Origin: an uncultured Chloroflexia bacterium
GTDB lineage: Bacteria; Chloroflexota; UBA6077; JACCZL01
DNA length: 64,000 nt
Direction: 5' to 3'
Assembly: GCA_963765765.1 (NCBI GenBank)
Contig: CAVXYC010000030.1
Coordinates: 1 to 64,000, forward strand
Part shown: positions 20,112 to 29,877 of the stretch, one piece after another
How positions within the stretch are numbered: position 1 is the first letter of the stretch
How the letters are laid out: the number at the start of each line of letters is the position of its first letter
Notes under the pieces: model-generated
Seen by the model: the letters and a program-made list of their open reading frames with translations, nothing else
Database searches by the model: none
Told to the model about the DNA's origin: nothing
Translations under genes and position numbers: made by a program

Positions 20112-21217
20112 TGACGATTGCCACAGATAACGTAACGACCAATGCGTCGATCGACGCTCCCAGCGCCACCGCGCTCCTCGAAGTAAGTGAGCTCAGCAAG
20201 GCATTCCCGGTAAGTACCGGGTTTCGCAAAACGAGCTACCTATCCGCCGTGGACAAGGTCTCGTTCGAGGTTGAAGCTGGCACCACGATGGGCATCGTGG
20301 GCGAGTCCGGGTGCGGTAAGTCCACGCTGGCTCGGCTCATTCTAGGGCTGGTGGACGCCGACTCAGGCGAGATCAAAATAGAGCAACAGGCGATTGACTG
20401 GCGGAAGAGCGCGGGCCGCAAGCAGCTTCGACGAAACATGCAAATGGTGTTTCAAAACCCGTACTCGTCGCTGAATCCGCGCAGCTCGATTGGCGAGATC
20501 ATCGCTTTCCCTATGCGCGCGCAGGGCATTGACAAGGCTGACATCGCCGAGCGCACGGTAAGTTTGCTGGAGCAGGTCGGTTTACATGGGAATCACGCGT
20601 CGTATTACCCACATCAACTCAGTGGTGGTCAGCGGCAGCGGGTCAATATCGCGCGAGCCCTGGCGCTGCATCCCAAGCTCGTGATCTGCGATGAAGCCGT
20701 CGCCGCGCTCGATAAATCGGTGCAGGCGCAGGTGCTGAGTCTCCTGCAGGACCTGCAACAGTCGCATGGGTTAACGTATCTCTTCATCAGTCATGACCTG
20801 AACGTCGTTGAGTACATGAGCGACCGCGTCTCGGTGATGTACCTGGGTCACATCGTCGAGTCGGCTGCCGCGGATCAGCTCTACCGCCGTCCGCTTCACC
20901 CCTACACCCAGGCGTTGCTCGCCGCCAGCCCGCGGTTGGACCTCGACCACAGGCTGAACGACGAGGATCTTATTGAGGGAGAGCTGCCCAGCGCTCTGAA
21001 TCCTCCGAGCGGCTGCCGATTCCGTACGCGCTGTCCACATGCAATGGATGTATGCGCTGAGTCTCGCCCGCCGCTACTCCAGCTCGAATCCGGGCACCGC
21101 GTTGCCTGTCATCTCTACTCGGAGGATGGCGATGCCGCGGGCGCAGCACGAGTCCCTGGGAGCGCGGGCGTCCCGCCCGTCCCGGACCTAGAGGTCGTTC
21201 AGGTTCGCAATTCATGA
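20111..21217 (+). CDS. Opp/Dpp ABC ATPase (F-type)
   Basis: GESGCGKST, LSGGQRQR, HPYT, PPSGCRFRTRCP, VACH. Confidence 0.9.
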   Translation: MTIATDNVTTNASIDAPSATALLEVSELSKAFPVSTGFRKTSYLSAVDKVSFEVEAGTTMGIVGESGCGKSTLARLILGLVDADSGEIKIEQQAIDWRKSAGRKQLRRNMQMVFQNPYSSLNPRSSIGEIIAFPMRAQGIDKADIAERTVSLLEQVGLHGNHASYYPHQLSGGQRQRVNIARALALHPKLVICDEAVAALDKSVQAQVLSLLQDLQQSHGLTYLFISHDLNVVEYMSDRVSVMYLGHIVESAAADQLYRRPLHPYTQALLAASPRLDLDHRLNDEDLIEGELPSALNPPSGCRFRTRCPHAMDVCAESRPPLLQLESGHRVACHLYSEDGDAAGAARVPGSAGVPPVPDLEVVQVRNS

Positions 21218-21242
21218 AAGAAGCTTTAGGAGGCTTTTCAAA

Positions 21243-21443
21243 ATGACAACTGCACAGACTACCGACGTACGGACGACGGTGAAAGCGTTACTCGACGCGG
21301 CCCAGATCACGATGAGCGATGAAGAGCTCGATCTCTTCGTCAGAATCTACCCGGCCATGAGAGCGGGCGCCGACAGTCTGTACATCCCCGAAACACGCTA
21401 CGAAGACCCGGCGCTGATCTTCGACGCGTCCTGGGAGAAGTAA
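21243..21443 (+). CDS. Small 66-aa protein, candidate GatC/AtzG-like amidase accessory subunit
   Basis: AGGAGG RBS; helical N-terminus, EDPALIF-type C-terminus; immediately upstream of two amidases. Confidence 0.6.
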   Translation: MTTAQTTDVRTTVKALLDAAQITMSDEELDLFVRIYPAMRAGADSLYIPETRYEDPALIFDASWEK

Positions 21444-21505
21444 GCGTAGCTCGCCGACGTGGCGCCCTGGCTTCGCCACATACGTATTTATGAAAGGGAC
21501 GCGGA

Positions 21506-22918
21506 ATGACTGACATTCCCCTCACAATTAAAGACGCTGCCGCCGCATTGCGCGACGGTCTACTCACCAGCGAAACGCTCACCACAGAGATGCTCGAGCG
21601 GATCGAGCATCTGAACCCCACCCTTGGTGCGTTTATCGCCGTCTCCGGCGAGGCTGCTCTCGAGGCCGCGAAGGAAGCTGATCGAGACCTGGATCGAGGC
21701 ATCGACAAAGGTCCGCTGCAGGGCATTCCTCTGGGCGTCAAAGACATCATCGCCACGCGTGATGCACCGACAACGGCCAATAGCCACATTCTCGATCGGA
21801 GCTGGGGGGCGCACTGGGACGCCCCTGTCGTGGAGCGACTTCGGAACGCCGGCGCGGTGATCATGGGCAAAACTGTTACCAGTGAATTCGCGTGCGGGCT
21901 GCCTGATCCCGACAATGGCTTTCCGATGCCCAAGAATCCCTGGAACATCGAGCATTCGGCAGCCGGCTCCAGCGCAGGCACCGGAATTGGCGTCGCCGCG
22001 GGGATGATCCTAGGGGGGCTAGGCACAGACACGGGCGGATCCGTTAGAGCACCTGCCTCCGCCAATGGTCACACGGGACTCAAGGTCACCTTCGGGCGGG
22101 TTCCAAAGTACGGTTGCGTGGCTCTCGGATATAGCCTTGACAGCATTGGTCCTATGGCTCGCACGGCCTGGGATTGCGCGGCCCTGCTCTCAGTAATGGC
22201 CGGCTACGATCCACGCGATCCAACGGTCGCGGATGAGCCGGTACCAGACTACACCGCGACGCTGACTGGAGACATCGAGGGCTTGCGTATTGGCGTGCCG
22301 AGTACCTATTTCTTCGATGCCCCCACGCTCGACCCGGAGATCAAGGCAGCGGTACTCGAGGGTATCGAAGTCCTCAAGTGCGCTGGCGCTATCGTGAGTG
22401 AGATCACGATTCCGCACTGCGACATAGCCAAGAGCGCCAACAACCTGATTTGGGCCAGTGAAGGTTTGGCATACCACCACGACGATTTGCGAGATCGCTG
22501 GAAGCTGTACGGCCAGTACACACGTACGGCCATCGCTCGAGGAGCGCTGTTCAATGGCCCGGATTACGTCCAGGCACAGCGATTCCGGTCCTACTTCAAG
22601 AAGTCCGTCATGGCGGCCATGGCCGATGTGGACGTGCTGATAACCCCGACCTCGCCAACTCCGGCAGACAAAATCTCCGAAATGAGTCACGAGACGCGAC
22701 TGCTCATGCCGGTCAGTTTCACGGGTATGTGGAACCTCATCGGCATCCCGGCCGTGGCCTTGCCGTGTGGTTTCAGCTCAACTGGCCTGCCGCTCTCCAT
22801 GCAGATCGTGGGCAAGCCCTTTGAGGAGGCAACCATCTTGAAAGCAGGCGACGTGTATCAGCAGGCAGTTGACTGGCAGCTGAAGGTTCCCCTGATGGCA
22901 CAGGCGGTGGCATCGTGA
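21506..22918 (+). CDS. Amidase (GatA/AtzE-like)
   Basis: GPLQGIPLGVKDII, AGSSAG, GTDTGGSVRAPAS, GLKVT. Confidence 0.9.
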   Translation: MTDIPLTIKDAAAALRDGLLTSETLTTEMLERIEHLNPTLGAFIAVSGEAALEAAKEADRDLDRGIDKGPLQGIPLGVKDIIATRDAPTTANSHILDRSWGAHWDAPVVERLRNAGAVIMGKTVTSEFACGLPDPDNGFPMPKNPWNIEHSAAGSSAGTGIGVAAGMILGGLGTDTGGSVRAPASANGHTGLKVTFGRVPKYGCVALGYSLDSIGPMARTAWDCAALLSVMAGYDPRDPTVADEPVPDYTATLTGDIEGLRIGVPSTYFFDAPTLDPEIKAAVLEGIEVLKCAGAIVSEITIPHCDIAKSANNLIWASEGLAYHHDDLRDRWKLYGQYTRTAIARGALFNGPDYVQAQRFRSYFKKSVMAAMADVDVLITPTSPTPADKISEMSHETRLLMPVSFTGMWNLIGIPAVALPCGFSSTGLPLSMQIVGKPFEEATILKAGDVYQQAVDWQLKVPLMAQAVAS

Positions 22919-24308
22919 CAGAGCTGCCAGTCACGATCTCGGATGCTGCCGCTGCCCTGCGAAGTGGCAGGCTGACTAGCGTCGAGCTCACCCAGGAGAC
23001 GTTCAAACGAGCCGATCGACTCGATGATGCGCTTGGCGTCTATTTGCGACGAATGGATGAGTCAGCGTTGGTAGAGGCGGCCCAAGCAGACAAAGAGCTG
23101 GCGGCCGGCGTCGATAAAGGGCCACTTCAAGGCATCCCCCTGGGAATCAAGGACATCATCGCCACGGACAATGCTCCGACCACCGCGCAGAGCCTGGTGC
23201 TGGATCCTGCCTGGGGCAACGAGGCGATGCGCCCGTGATTGCTCGGCTGCGAGCAGCCGGCGCTGTCATTACCGGCAAGACGACGACGATGGAGTTTGCC
23301 ACCGGACTTCCTGATCCAGACAAGCCGTTTCCAGTACCACGCAACCCGTGGAACGAGGGGCATTGGCCGGGCGGCTCTAGCTCGGGCACTGGCTCAGGAG
23401 TCGCGGCGGGTATGTTCCTCGGCGGTCTTGGAACCGATACTGGCGGCAGCATTCGTGGACCAGCCGCGTACTGCGCCATTAGCGGACTCAAGCAGACGTT
23501 TGGGCTCGTGCCCAAGTCAGGCTGTGTCCCGCTCGGCTTCAGTCTCGATCACATTGGACCAATGGCGCGGAGCGCGCGGGATTGCGCGATGATTCTGCAG
23601 GTCATCGCCGGATACGATCCGAGCGATCCAACCTGTCAGAACGTACCCATTCCGGATTACCTGGCAGCGCTCACTGGGACCTCGCGGGTGTGAAAATCGC
23701 CATCGAACGCGAGCATCACACACGAGTGGCAGGTGTACTCCCGGAGTCCGTGGAGGCATTCGAGCAGGCGGTTTCGGTACTGGTTGCAGCCCGGTGCCAG
23801 CACAATCGAGGTGACCATTCCTCATTACGACGAAATCGCGTTCGCCGGTCGCGTGCAGAGTCGATGCGAGGGCGCGTCCTTCCATATGGTCGACCTGCGT
23901 GAGAAGTGGGGTGACTACGGCATTCACACTCGCGATGCGGTTGGCAGCTCAGTAATGTACAGCGCCTCAGACGTGGTTCAGGCGCAGCGCGTGCGACAGT
24001 ATGGACAGAAAACGATCCGCGAGCTGATGCGGCCGTTTGACGTCATGGTGATGCTCAGCCGTGGAACTGGTGCGCCAGAGATCGATGGGCTGACCTTCGA
24101 GTCCTACGCGAAGGTGCCATCGTTCACGTCGATCTGGAACGTGATGGGCCTGCCCGCGTTGTGTATCCCGATGGGGTTCACCAACGATGGTCTGCCCCTC
24201 TCCCTACAGATCGTGGGCAAGCCATTTGATGAGGCAACCGTGCTCCGTGTGGGTGATGTGTTCCAACAGCTCACCGATTGGCACTTGAAGGTAGCGCCCG
24301 TCGTCTGA
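22915..24308 (+). CDS. Amidase (GatA/AtzE-like), split by ~3 frameshifts
   Basis: Fragments 22915..23238, 23235..23693 and 23733..24308 carry consecutive amidase motifs (GIKDII; GGSSSG, GTDTGGSIR; GLPLSLQIVG). Confidence 0.82.
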
Positions 24309-24317
24309 GCAAGTTGC

Positions 24318-24350
24318 GGTTGGGTGGGTTGCTCAGCGACCCGCTCAACC
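24318..24350 (+). terminator. Hairpin downstream of the amidase operon
   Basis: GGTTGGGTGGGTTGC-TCA-GCGACCCGCTCAACC stem with G-U pairs; no U-tract. Confidence 0.35.
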
Positions 24351-24547
24351 ACGGCCCCTGCTCTCTGGTATTCGGTAGCAAAGCGCTCGCCGCGAGGGCA
24401 TGCTCATCGCGAGCGGTCGTAGGCTGCTGAGCGCGATGCGCCATCGAGCCAGTGGGTCCATACTAGCGGCGGCTCTGTTCTTTCTTCAAAGAGGGTCTGA
24501 ATGCCGCCGTCCGGGGCGTCGCCCAATGCATTGAAAGAAGGAGTCAT

Positions 24548-25918
24548 GTGGAGCCTGTAAGCGAAGCCGCTCCGCTGGTCAGCGATGCTCTCGGACGGGC
24601 ACCCGCTCCGATCCGCCCGGCTACTATCACTCCGCCCGTACTGGCATCAGCTCCATCGGCGGACAGAAGCCAGGATGATGCGTCCACAAGACAGCCTCGC
24701 GGCTTCAGCCTGATCTTCTCGTCGCTACGTCATCGAAACTATCGTCTCCTCTGGATCGGCACGCTGCTTATGAGCGCCGGCCAGTGGATTCAGGAAGTCA
24801 CGCTTGGCTGGCTGATGTACGACCTGACAGGATCGGCCGCGCTGCTGGGCGCGCTCAACGGATTCCGGGCCGTCCCGTTTCTCGTCTTTGGGCCGCTGGC
24901 GGGTGTGGCCGCGGATCGACTGGATCGACGCGGCCTGCTTCTCTTCACGCAGCCAATTCTGGCGATCACTACTGGTGTCATGGGCTTGCTGGTGCTCTCC
25001 GGCATGGTGCAAGTCTGGCACCTGTTCCTCTTCACGTTTCTCACCGCGTCGATGTGGTCTATCACGCAGCCCGTCCGGCAAACGCTTGTGCCAAACCTTG
25101 TCCCCAAGCGCGACCTTGTCAATGCGCTCTCGCTCAACTCGATGGGCTTCAACATCATGAAGGTGGTAGGGCCGGCCCTGGGCGGCTTGCTCATCGCTGG
25201 GTTCGGAGCGGCCGGCAACTATTTCGTTCAGGCATTCGCCTATAGCCTGCTGATGTTTACCGTGTACTTCATGCAAGCGCCTCCAACACCGGCGAACGCT
25301 CGAAATTCATCCGCGCTGGCCAATTTGCGCGAAGGATTGAAGTACGTCAGGTCAACGCCGCTGGTGCTGGGCCTTATCCTCATCACGCTCATCCCGCACA
25401 TGCTCTCGTTGCCGATCACTAGTGCCCTGATGCCGGTCTTTCAGAAGGACGTGCTAGGCGTCGGCCCCGATGGGCTCGGATTGCTCCTGGCCGCTCCGGG
25501 CATTGGGGCGGTCATCACGACATTTCTCATGGCGGCTGGCGGCAATCGCATGAAGCGCAAAGGCATGCTCATGCTGGGTGAGCTCATGTTGTTGGGCGCT
25601 TCGATTATCGTCTTCGCGCACATGCAAACGCTGCCATCGGCCATGTTGGCGCTGCTCTTTATGGGGGCATTCCAAATGTCCTACATGACCACGGCCAACA
25701 TGCTTGTCCAGGTGGTGGTGCCGGATCAGCTTCGCGGGCGAGTCATGAGCATCTGGATGGTGAACCAGGGGCTAGGACCAATTGGCGCGCTCTTCGCCGG
25801 CGTCAGTACGGAATTCATAGGTGCGCCCAATACGGCTACCTGGATGGGAGCCACAGTCGTCGTCCTGGCGCTCGTCATTGCCTGGCGCGTGCCGCGGATC
25901 AGGCTCATCGAGGTATAG
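24548..25918 (+). CDS. MFS transporter (MFS_3/EntS-like)
   Basis: SSLRHRNYRLLW, AGVAADRLDRR, VPDQLRGRVMS; ~12 TM segments. Confidence 0.85.
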   Translation: MEPVSEAAPLVSDALGRAPAPIRPATITPPVLASAPSADRSQDDASTRQPRGFSLIFSSLRHRNYRLLWIGTLLMSAGQWIQEVTLGWLMYDLTGSAALLGALNGFRAVPFLVFGPLAGVAADRLDRRGLLLFTQPILAITTGVMGLLVLSGMVQVWHLFLFTFLTASMWSITQPVRQTLVPNLVPKRDLVNALSLNSMGFNIMKVVGPALGGLLIAGFGAAGNYFVQAFAYSLLMFTVYFMQAPPTPANARNSSALANLREGLKYVRSTPLVLGLILITLIPHMLSLPITSALMPVFQKDVLGVGPDGLGLLLAAPGIGAVITTFLMAAGGNRMKRKGMLMLGELMLLGASIIVFAHMQTLPSAMLALLFMGAFQMSYMTTANMLVQVVVPDQLRGRVMSIWMVNQGLGPIGALFAGVSTEFIGAPNTATWMGATVVVLALVIAWRVPRIRLIEV

Positions 25919-25984
25919 GAGCGTTGGCAGTATAGAATCTCTCATACAGTTTGTCCTGAGCCTGGATGAGCGGAGGGTGTTTCC

Positions 25985-27339
25985 GTGCTGAGTAAGGAAG
26001 ACAACGAGCGTCTTACGCGTGTAGGCCCCGGCACAGTCATGGGCGACTTGATGCGGCAGTACTGGCTCCGGCCATGTACTCCTGGGAGCTGACGCCCGAT
26101 GGCGCGCCTGAGCGCGTGCGATTGCTGGGCGAAGACTTGATCGCGTTCCGTGACACTAACGGCAATCTGGGCCTGGTTGCCGAGAATTGCCCGCATCGCG
26201 GCGCGTCACTCTTTTTCGGTCGCAATGAGGAAGCGGGGCTCCGCTGTGTGTACCACGGCTGGAAGTTCGATACCTCAGGCGCGTGTGTGGACATGCCGAA
26301 CGAGCCCCCGGAATCCAACTTCAAGCACAAGGTCAAGGTCACCGCGTACCGAATGGCTGATTGGGGCGGACTTCTCTGGGCGTATATGGGGCCCCGACAG
26401 GACAATCCGCCGGAGCTCCCCCAATTCGAGTGGTGTCGGCTGCCTGAGACTCAGGTCCACCACGCCTTCAAGGGGATCTACCACTGCAACTGGATGCAGG
26501 GGCTCGAGGGTGACATCGACACGAGCCACCTCTACTTCCTGCACGGACGACTCTCGGCCGACGACCCGGCCACATATGGGGTGTTCCACAAGGACAAAGC
26601 GCCGCGTCTGGAGATCGTGAATACCCCGCACGGGTTGCTCTACGGCGCGCGCCGGGTGGAGAACGACGACGCGGTCTACTGGCGTACGACGCAGTTCCTG
26701 ATGCCCATCTTCACCATGTTCCCGGGCACGGAGGATGGCTTCGTCCCGTCGCATATGTACACGCCGATCGACGATGAGACCACCATGCACTGGGGCATTC
26801 GCTGGCATCCCTTCCGGGACATGCCGGGCGATCGAAAGGTCGTGCAAGAGGCTCACAAAGTGCCGGATGTGAATGGCATGGGGCCCATGAAGCCGACCCA
26901 GTATGGTAAGCCGTTCCCTAACTGGTGGCCGGTGGCCAACCCGGAGAATGACTTCCTGATGGACCGCGAGGTCCAGAAGACCATGAACTTCACCGGGATT
27001 CCCACGGTGCGGCTGCAGGATGGCGCCATGACCGCTAGCATGGGTCGGATCGTTGATCGCACGCGCGAGCATCTCGGTACGACGGACACCATGATCATCC
27101 AGACGCGCCGGCGGCTGGTCAACGCGGCCAAGGCACTGCGCGAGCGCGGCGAAGTGCCACCCGGCGTCGAAGACGCGAGCGTGTACTCAGCCCGTTCGGC
27201 TTCGGCGGTGCTACCGGCTGATGTGGACTGGAAGGTGGCCCTGGCCGACTGGCACACAGCCAGGACTCTGGAGCTTCCGTCCGACCGCGTGGCTATCGAC
27301 CGCGGGTATTCCGAGCGCAATACGCTGACCCAAGCTTAG
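25985..27339 (+). CDS. Rieske non-heme iron oxygenase alpha subunit (phthalate-4,5-dioxygenase-like), frameshift near 26068
   Basis: GTG 25985 gives MLSKEDNERLTRVGPGT; CPHR...CVYHGW Rieske motif; EGDIDTSHLYFLH iron motif. Confidence 0.88.
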
Positions 27340-27534
27340 AGTCCGGCCCCGGAGCGCGCCTCTCGTGCTCCGGGACCGGGGCACGTGTGCCGGACTGCCT
27401 GAAATCACCGAGAGCCCTGTCCCGTCTGCAAGGCGGAGACGGATTCTCCCGAAGCCGGAGCGTATCCTATAGCGAGTAGCTGCCGTCAATGGATGCGTGG
27501 CAGGATGCTACCGCGCAGCTCGAGATCAGCGAGC

Positions 27535-28278
27535 TCACTGATCAAACAGCGGCATCTGGCCGTGGTCCGCTCGCGCGGGATAGTCGGTATCGGTGATCGC
27601 TCGAGCGCCCAGTTCGAGCAGCGGCGTGTTCTCCGCTGCGCCATGGGTAAGGAGTGGTTTACCGCCTGCTGCTAAAGAGTGAGCGAAGCTCAGCGTAGCG
27701 CTCTCCGGCGCGGCATAGGCGATGAACACCTCGGTAGCCAGCGCTCCCACAAAGCGATTCCTGCGTTGGGCCAGCTCGGAGGTCACACGGCGCTCGTCAG
27801 GCCCAAATGGCGAGAGCACGAGGAGCCTGGCGCTTAGGGCGTGTTGCCATTCAGATGGAATGCGGTAGCTCTGGATCCCGCGCGCCGGGCAGATGATGAG
27901 GGGCTGCGAGCCGCTGAACAGGAGCCGCAGACATTCTCGCTCCATGGGTGAATGGAATCCACCGACCACGGTGATGCCGGCGTCGCGCAGGCGCTGCGCC
28001 AGACGGTAGGTCTCGTTCACCAGCCGCCCGGGGCACTGAACGGAGCAGAACAGGCCAATGGATGGCTTGCGGAGCAATTCGATATTGCCGACGTAGGTGA
28101 TCGTTGGCTGAGCATCAAGGAGGGGCGGATACAGGGGATCGCCTGGACCGAGCTGAACCGGTGCGGCCCGGAGTCCTGTCGATGCTTTCACGTGCGCCCT
28201 TCTCCCGATGCGATTGGGCATGGTAGCAAACGCGGGCGGCATGGAAGCGTGCGGGGGAGATGTGAATGTTTGCTGCAT
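27535..28278 (-). CDS. Short DprA/Smf-like (SLOG, DNA_processg_A) protein; start uncertain
   Basis: LFCSVQCPG, VVGGFHSPMERECL, IICPAR, RNRFVGALA. Confidence 0.75.
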   Translation of the reverse strand: MQQTFTSPPHASMPPAFATMPNRIGRRAHVKASTGLRAAPVQLGPGDPLYPPLLDAQPTITYVGNIELLRKPSIGLFCSVQCPGRLVNETYRLAQRLRDAGITVVGGFHSPMERECLRLLFSGSQPLIICPARGIQSYRIPSEWQHALSARLLVLSPFGPDERRVTSELAQRRNRFVGALATEVFIAYAAPESATLSFAHSLAAGGKPLLTHGAAENTPLLELGARAITDTDYPARADHGQMPLFDQ

Positions 28279-28298
28279 CGCCGTCGATGTGGGGAACG

Positions 28299-29663
28299 CT
28301 AGCGACGCAGCGCCGGTGAGATGGTTGGTTCCATTTCCGTGAGTCCCACCACTTCTTCGGGGGTGAACCCGGGCGCCACGTCCTCGAGCACGAACTGCCC
28401 ATCACGCCGGATGAGGACCGCCAGGTCCGTCACCACGATATCCACGCACCGGCTTCCGGTGAGCGGATAGGTGCAGCGCCTCACCAGCTTGGCATGATCG
28501 CGACTATCCCGATGCTCCAGTAGGATCATCACCGTGGCACCACCGGCCACCATGTCCATGGCCCCGCCAATACCGCCGCCAACCATGCCCGGCGTGCTCC
28601 AGTTCGCCACGCTGCCCTCGGCATCCACCTGGTACGCGCCGAGCGCTACCACCTGAACTCGACCCGACCGCACCATCTCGAACGCGGTGACGCTATCGAA
28701 GAACGAGATGCCCGGTCGAGGCTCCACGAACTGCCCGCCGGCATTGAACGTCTCTGACTCGGTCGCGTCATCGCTCATCGCCTGGCCGTAACCCAGAATG
28801 CCGTTTTCACCGTGCAGGATGATGTCACGACCGCCAATGAAGTTCGAGACGAGCGTGGGAATGCCCAACCCGAGATTGACGTACGCATGCTCCGGGAGGA
28901 GTGCAGCCGCGCGCTCGGCCATCTGAGAACGAGTCCAGGCCGTCTTGCCGAGATACTGTCGAGGTACGTCGGCAGGGCGTCGCTCGGGCTTGGAGAACGG
29001 CGGACGGCGAGTTTTCTCCACGACGCGATGGACGAAGATACCGGGCAAGCCCGATGCGCTCTGGTGGGATGTCGCCAGGCTCGACGATCTCGTCGACCTC
29101 CACGATCGTGACCGTGGCGGCCTTGGCGAAGCTCGGTCCAAAGTGGTGGTTGCTGCCCTTGAACTCCACGTTTCCGAGCGGTCCGCGCGATAGCCGGTGA
29201 TGAACGCGTAGTCTACGCGGATGGCCGTCTCGAGCAGGTATGGGCGGCCATCGAAGTACCGCACTTCCTTGCCGTCCGCTACCGGAGTATCGATGCCGGT
29301 GGGCGTGTAGATCGCGGCGAGTCCGGCGCCGCCCGCGCGCAGACGCTCCACCAGCGTGCCCTGAGGAATCATCTCGAAGGTCATCGCGCCAGCCGCGATA
29401 CGGTCCTCGGCCGGTGAGCGGGTACCCGCGCGGGCTGTGAACGAGACCATCACGTGCGCAACCTGATCGTTGGTGACCAGATCGTTGCTGCCTGACCCGA
29501 GCGTGTTGCCAACGAGGGTGAGACCGCGTGTGCCGCGTTCGCGCACGGCCTGAAGTAGGCTAGCCGGAATTCCCGCCCACGGTCCAAAGCCGGAGATCGC
29601 GATGCGAGCTCCGTCGGCAAGATCAGCGATTGCCTCTGCGGGCGACGCGACAACCTTGTCCAT
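28299..29663 (-). CDS. 3-oxoacid CoA-transferase, fused A+B (compensating frameshifts ~29055-29175)
   Basis: PQGTLVER, HGENG, GIGGAMD; alternate frame supplies FKGSNHHFGPSFAKAA...VEVDEIV; paralog of 8193..9587. Confidence 0.87.
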   Translation of the reverse strand: MDKVVASPAEAIADLADGARIAISGFGPWAGIPASLLQAVRERGTRGLTLVGNTLGSGSNDLVTNDQVAHVMVSFTARAGTRSPAEDRIAAGAMTFEMIPQGTLVERLRAGGAGLAAIYTPTGIDTPVADGKEVRYFDGRPYLLETAIRVDYAFITGYRADRSETWSSRAATTTLDRASPRPPRSRSWRSTRSSSLATSHQSASGLPGIFVHRVVEKTRRPPFSKPERRPADVPRQYLGKTAWTRSQMAERAAALLPEHAYVNLGLGIPTLVSNFIGGRDIILHGENGILGYGQAMSDDATESETFNAGGQFVEPRPGISFFDSVTAFEMVRSGRVQVVALGAYQVDAEGSVANWSTPGMVGGGIGGAMDMVAGGATVMILLEHRDSRDHAKLVRRCTYPLTGSRCVDIVVTDLAVLIRRDGQFVLEDVAPGFTPEEVVGLTEMEPTISPALRR

Positions 29664-29734
29664 GTCCACCTCTGCACTGCGAAACGTTCGCAGCAATGTC
29701 ACCAAGTGTAGTGTGTACGATGCCGGCCAAACGC

Positions 29735-29752
29735 ATCAATCAAATGTTTGAT
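29735..29752. promoter_or_regulatory. Candidate TetR (KstR2-like) operator
   Basis: ATCAATCAAATGTTTGAT containing palindrome ATCAAA-TG-TTTGAT, between divergent genes; matches sites at 36437 and 36601. Confidence 0.55.
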
Positions 29753-29877
29753 CGAAGTTGTTTTCCCTGCAATACTCTGTCCCCAGCGAAGGCATCGAAC
29801 GAGCACAGCATGCCCGGCGGGGCATGCACCGGCCCGATCGAGCGGCATCGGTCGAACAACGAAGCGGGAGCTCTGCC

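Noticed and set aside
21506-24308. gatCAB tRNA amidotransferase operon
   Set aside because: No gatB, duplicated amidases and a catabolic context.
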